Shown here in pieces: positions 32,301 through 33,847 of a stretch of DNA of 33,847 bases (the stretch's first letter is position 1; each line of letters starts with the position of its first letter). Below the pieces are notes generated by a model, which was not told the DNA's origin, ran no database searches, and was given only the letters and a program-made list of their open reading frames with translations. The stretch spans positions 1-33,847 of the IMG/VR virus record IMGVR_UViG_3300020045_001775. The stretch is one strand, 5' to 3'. The stretch comes from a virus. Taxonomy: Duplodnaviria > Caudoviricetes. The translations under genes were made by a program, and so were the position numbers.

Positions 32301-33687
32301 GGTTCTCTCCCGATGATTTGATCCAAGCGGGGAAAGCCAATTCTAGTGGCCTCTCATATTTTACCCGCGTTTCAGTGTTTGATTGTGCTTTGCGCATGGC
32401 GTCGGCCATCCGGCGTTTCATCTCGTCATGCTTTTTGGATTTGACGTTGATGATTTCCCATATTGATGCCTCGGTGTCAGAGATCACGATGTCATTGCGG
32501 ACACGTTCTGACTGACCGAACCGATGCGACCGGCGCACAGCCTGATAGTGCTGCTCGTATGAAAAACTGATCGAGGCAAAAACTGCATGTGCGCAATGCT
32601 GCCAGTTGACGCCAAAACCGGCCAACTTTGGCTTGGTCACGATCACGCGGTATTCACCGTCTGCGAATGCCAGCAACCGACGCTCTTTTTCGTCAGCGTC
32701 TAATGCCCCGTGGACTTCGACAGCGCCGGGAATCATCTTTGCCAGTGTCGCGCTTTCGTCGTTCGTTTCGCACCAGACAGTCACCGGCTTGTCATGGGTT
32801 GCCAAATCGGCGGCGCGTTCGCACCGTTGACGCAATGTCAGCCGCTTTTCCTCGTGGAATGACGTGGCCGACATTTCAGGGATGCGAAACAGCATCCCTT
32901 GCGCGATGTTCTGCATCCGGTCTGCAGCAACCTCATAGATGTGCCGGTCAATATCGGGCAGAACGTATCCGGTATCGTCGCCGCCAAGGTCAGACGGCAT
33001 CGTGGCACAACGTGACCACGACGCGACAAACTGCCAGAAGTCATCAACCGCATGGCCCTTCAAACGCCAGTCTTGCGATGCCGTCGCGGTGTCATTGATA
33101 AACCACTTGGACAGCATTTCTTGTTGACGCATGACGCCAAGAAACTCTGCATGGTTGCCCAGTTCTGTGTGATCGTTCGGGGATGGCGTTGCGGTTGCGG
33201 CCAGCTTGTATGGCGTGTCGATAAATGCCGACTGGATCAACGCCCGCGTCTTGCTGGCGTAGCTTTTCAGGATGCTGCTTTCATCCAGAATGACCGCGCC
33301 GAACGTTGTCGGGTCCAACTTGGCAAGGCGCTCATAGTTTGCGACCATGACGCCGGAACCGACTTCCGACTGCTCCCGGATTTGTCGCGCATCAATGCCG
33401 AATTTCTGGCCCTCGCGGACCATCTGACCGGCAACCGCAAGCGGCGTCAGGATCAGCGACGGCTTGCCGGTTTCATCCGCGCATTGCCGCGCAAATTCCA
33501 GTTCAATGAATGATTTGCCAAGTCCGGTATCAAGGAAAGCCGCTGACTTTCCGCGATCCAGTGCAAACCGGATGACGGCATCCTGATGCGCCTTGGCAAG
33601 CGGGTTGATCGGCTTTGCATCAAACCCTGCTTTGACCGTTGATGATGCGCGGGATGCGATGAACGCGCGATACTCTTGCAGGCTCAT
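32287..33687 (-). CDS. SF2/SNF2-like helicase
   Basis: DTGLGKS, ILDESS, TATP, GFGVNWQ, QAVRRSHRFGQ; start ATG 33687. Confidence 0.9.
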   Translation of the reverse strand: MSLQEYRAFIASRASSTVKAGFDAKPINPLAKAHQDAVIRFALDRGKSAAFLDTGLGKSFIELEFARQCADETGKPSLILTPLAVAGQMVREGQKFGIDARQIREQSEVGSGVMVANYERLAKLDPTTFGAVILDESSILKSYASKTRALIQSAFIDTPYKLAATATPSPNDHTELGNHAEFLGVMRQQEMLSKWFINDTATASQDWRLKGHAVDDFWQFVASWSRCATMPSDLGGDDTGYVLPDIDRHIYEVAADRMQNIAQGMLFRIPEMSATSFHEEKRLTLRQRCERAADLATHDKPVTVWCETNDESATLAKMIPGAVEVHGALDADEKERRLLAFADGEYRVIVTKPKLAGFGVNWQHCAHAVFASISFSYEQHYQAVRRSHRFGQSERVRNDIVISDTEASIWEIINVKSKKHDEMKRRMADAMRKAQSNTETRVKYERPLELAFPAWIKSSGENRETA

Positions 33688-33730
33688 TCCCCCATCCCCC
33701 ACAGATCGGCGGGGATGCCAGTGATTGCTT

Positions 33731-33847
33731 CTATATCCACCACGTCACCGCCTTCCAAACCGCCGCCACAACCCCCCCAAACGTGATGATTGCCGACGCA
33801 TAAATCCACCACGGCGGGGGCCAAATCCAGTCCTGTTCCGTGTGCAT
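33731..33847 (-). CDS. Small single-TM Trp-rich peptide (38 aa; may extend beyond window)
   Basis: MHTEQDWIWPPPWWIYASAIITFGGVVAAVWKAVTWWI read from the last base of the window. Confidence 0.5.
   Translation of the reverse strand: MHTEQDWIWPPPWWIYASAIITFGGVVAAVWKAVTWWI

Noticed and set aside
33690-33745. Cro-like fragment DIEAITGIPADLWG upstream of the helicase
   Set aside because: No HTH upstream in that frame; the 38-aa TM ORF explains the region better
1-33847. Gene transfer agent or complete restriction-modification/defence island
   Set aside because: Podoviral structural genes plus its own replication and recombination genes indicate a true phage; no restriction endonuclease was recognised next to any MTase

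Overview
The whole window is part of a GC-rich, short-tailed (podovirus-like) dsDNA phage or prophage genome. The host is probably an alphaproteobacterium (Rhodobacteraceae-like), inferred mainly from the SSB sequence. Nearly every gene is on the minus strand and tightly coupled by ATGA/TGATG overlaps. In transcription order (high to low coordinates) the early region holds an SF2/SNF2-like helicase plus amino-methyltransferase, small early genes, RusA, a DUF1376 replication initiator with a putative loader, SSB, ERF, a NinB-like protein, DUF1364, a stand-alone DnaA domain IV protein and an HTH protein. Next is a DNA-modification block: a C5-MTase with a nested +1-frame subunit, a VUT/YhhQ transporter and a short TGT/DpdA-like enzyme. 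A NusG-paralog antiterminator, late promoter and structured leader then open the late region: TerS/TerL, a GNAT+ART polyvalent protein, adaptor/tail/nozzle, four ejection proteins, one opposite-strand membrane gene, portal/scaffold/capsid, a BTLCP-like protease, membrane proteins, a third MTase, a metallophosphoesterase and an amidase endolysin that runs off the left edge. I found no integrase, repressor, tRNA, CRISPR array or IS element. The best candidates for new biology are (1) the transporter + TGT-fold pair as a salvage-only 7-deazaguanine modification module, (2) the dual-frame C5-MTase, (3) an antisense RNA/leader-peptide switch ahead of the replication initiator, (4) NusG-paralog control of late genes and (5) the polyvalent effector gene at a morphogenesis rearrangement point. 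All product calls come from motif recognition by eye; no database searches were run.
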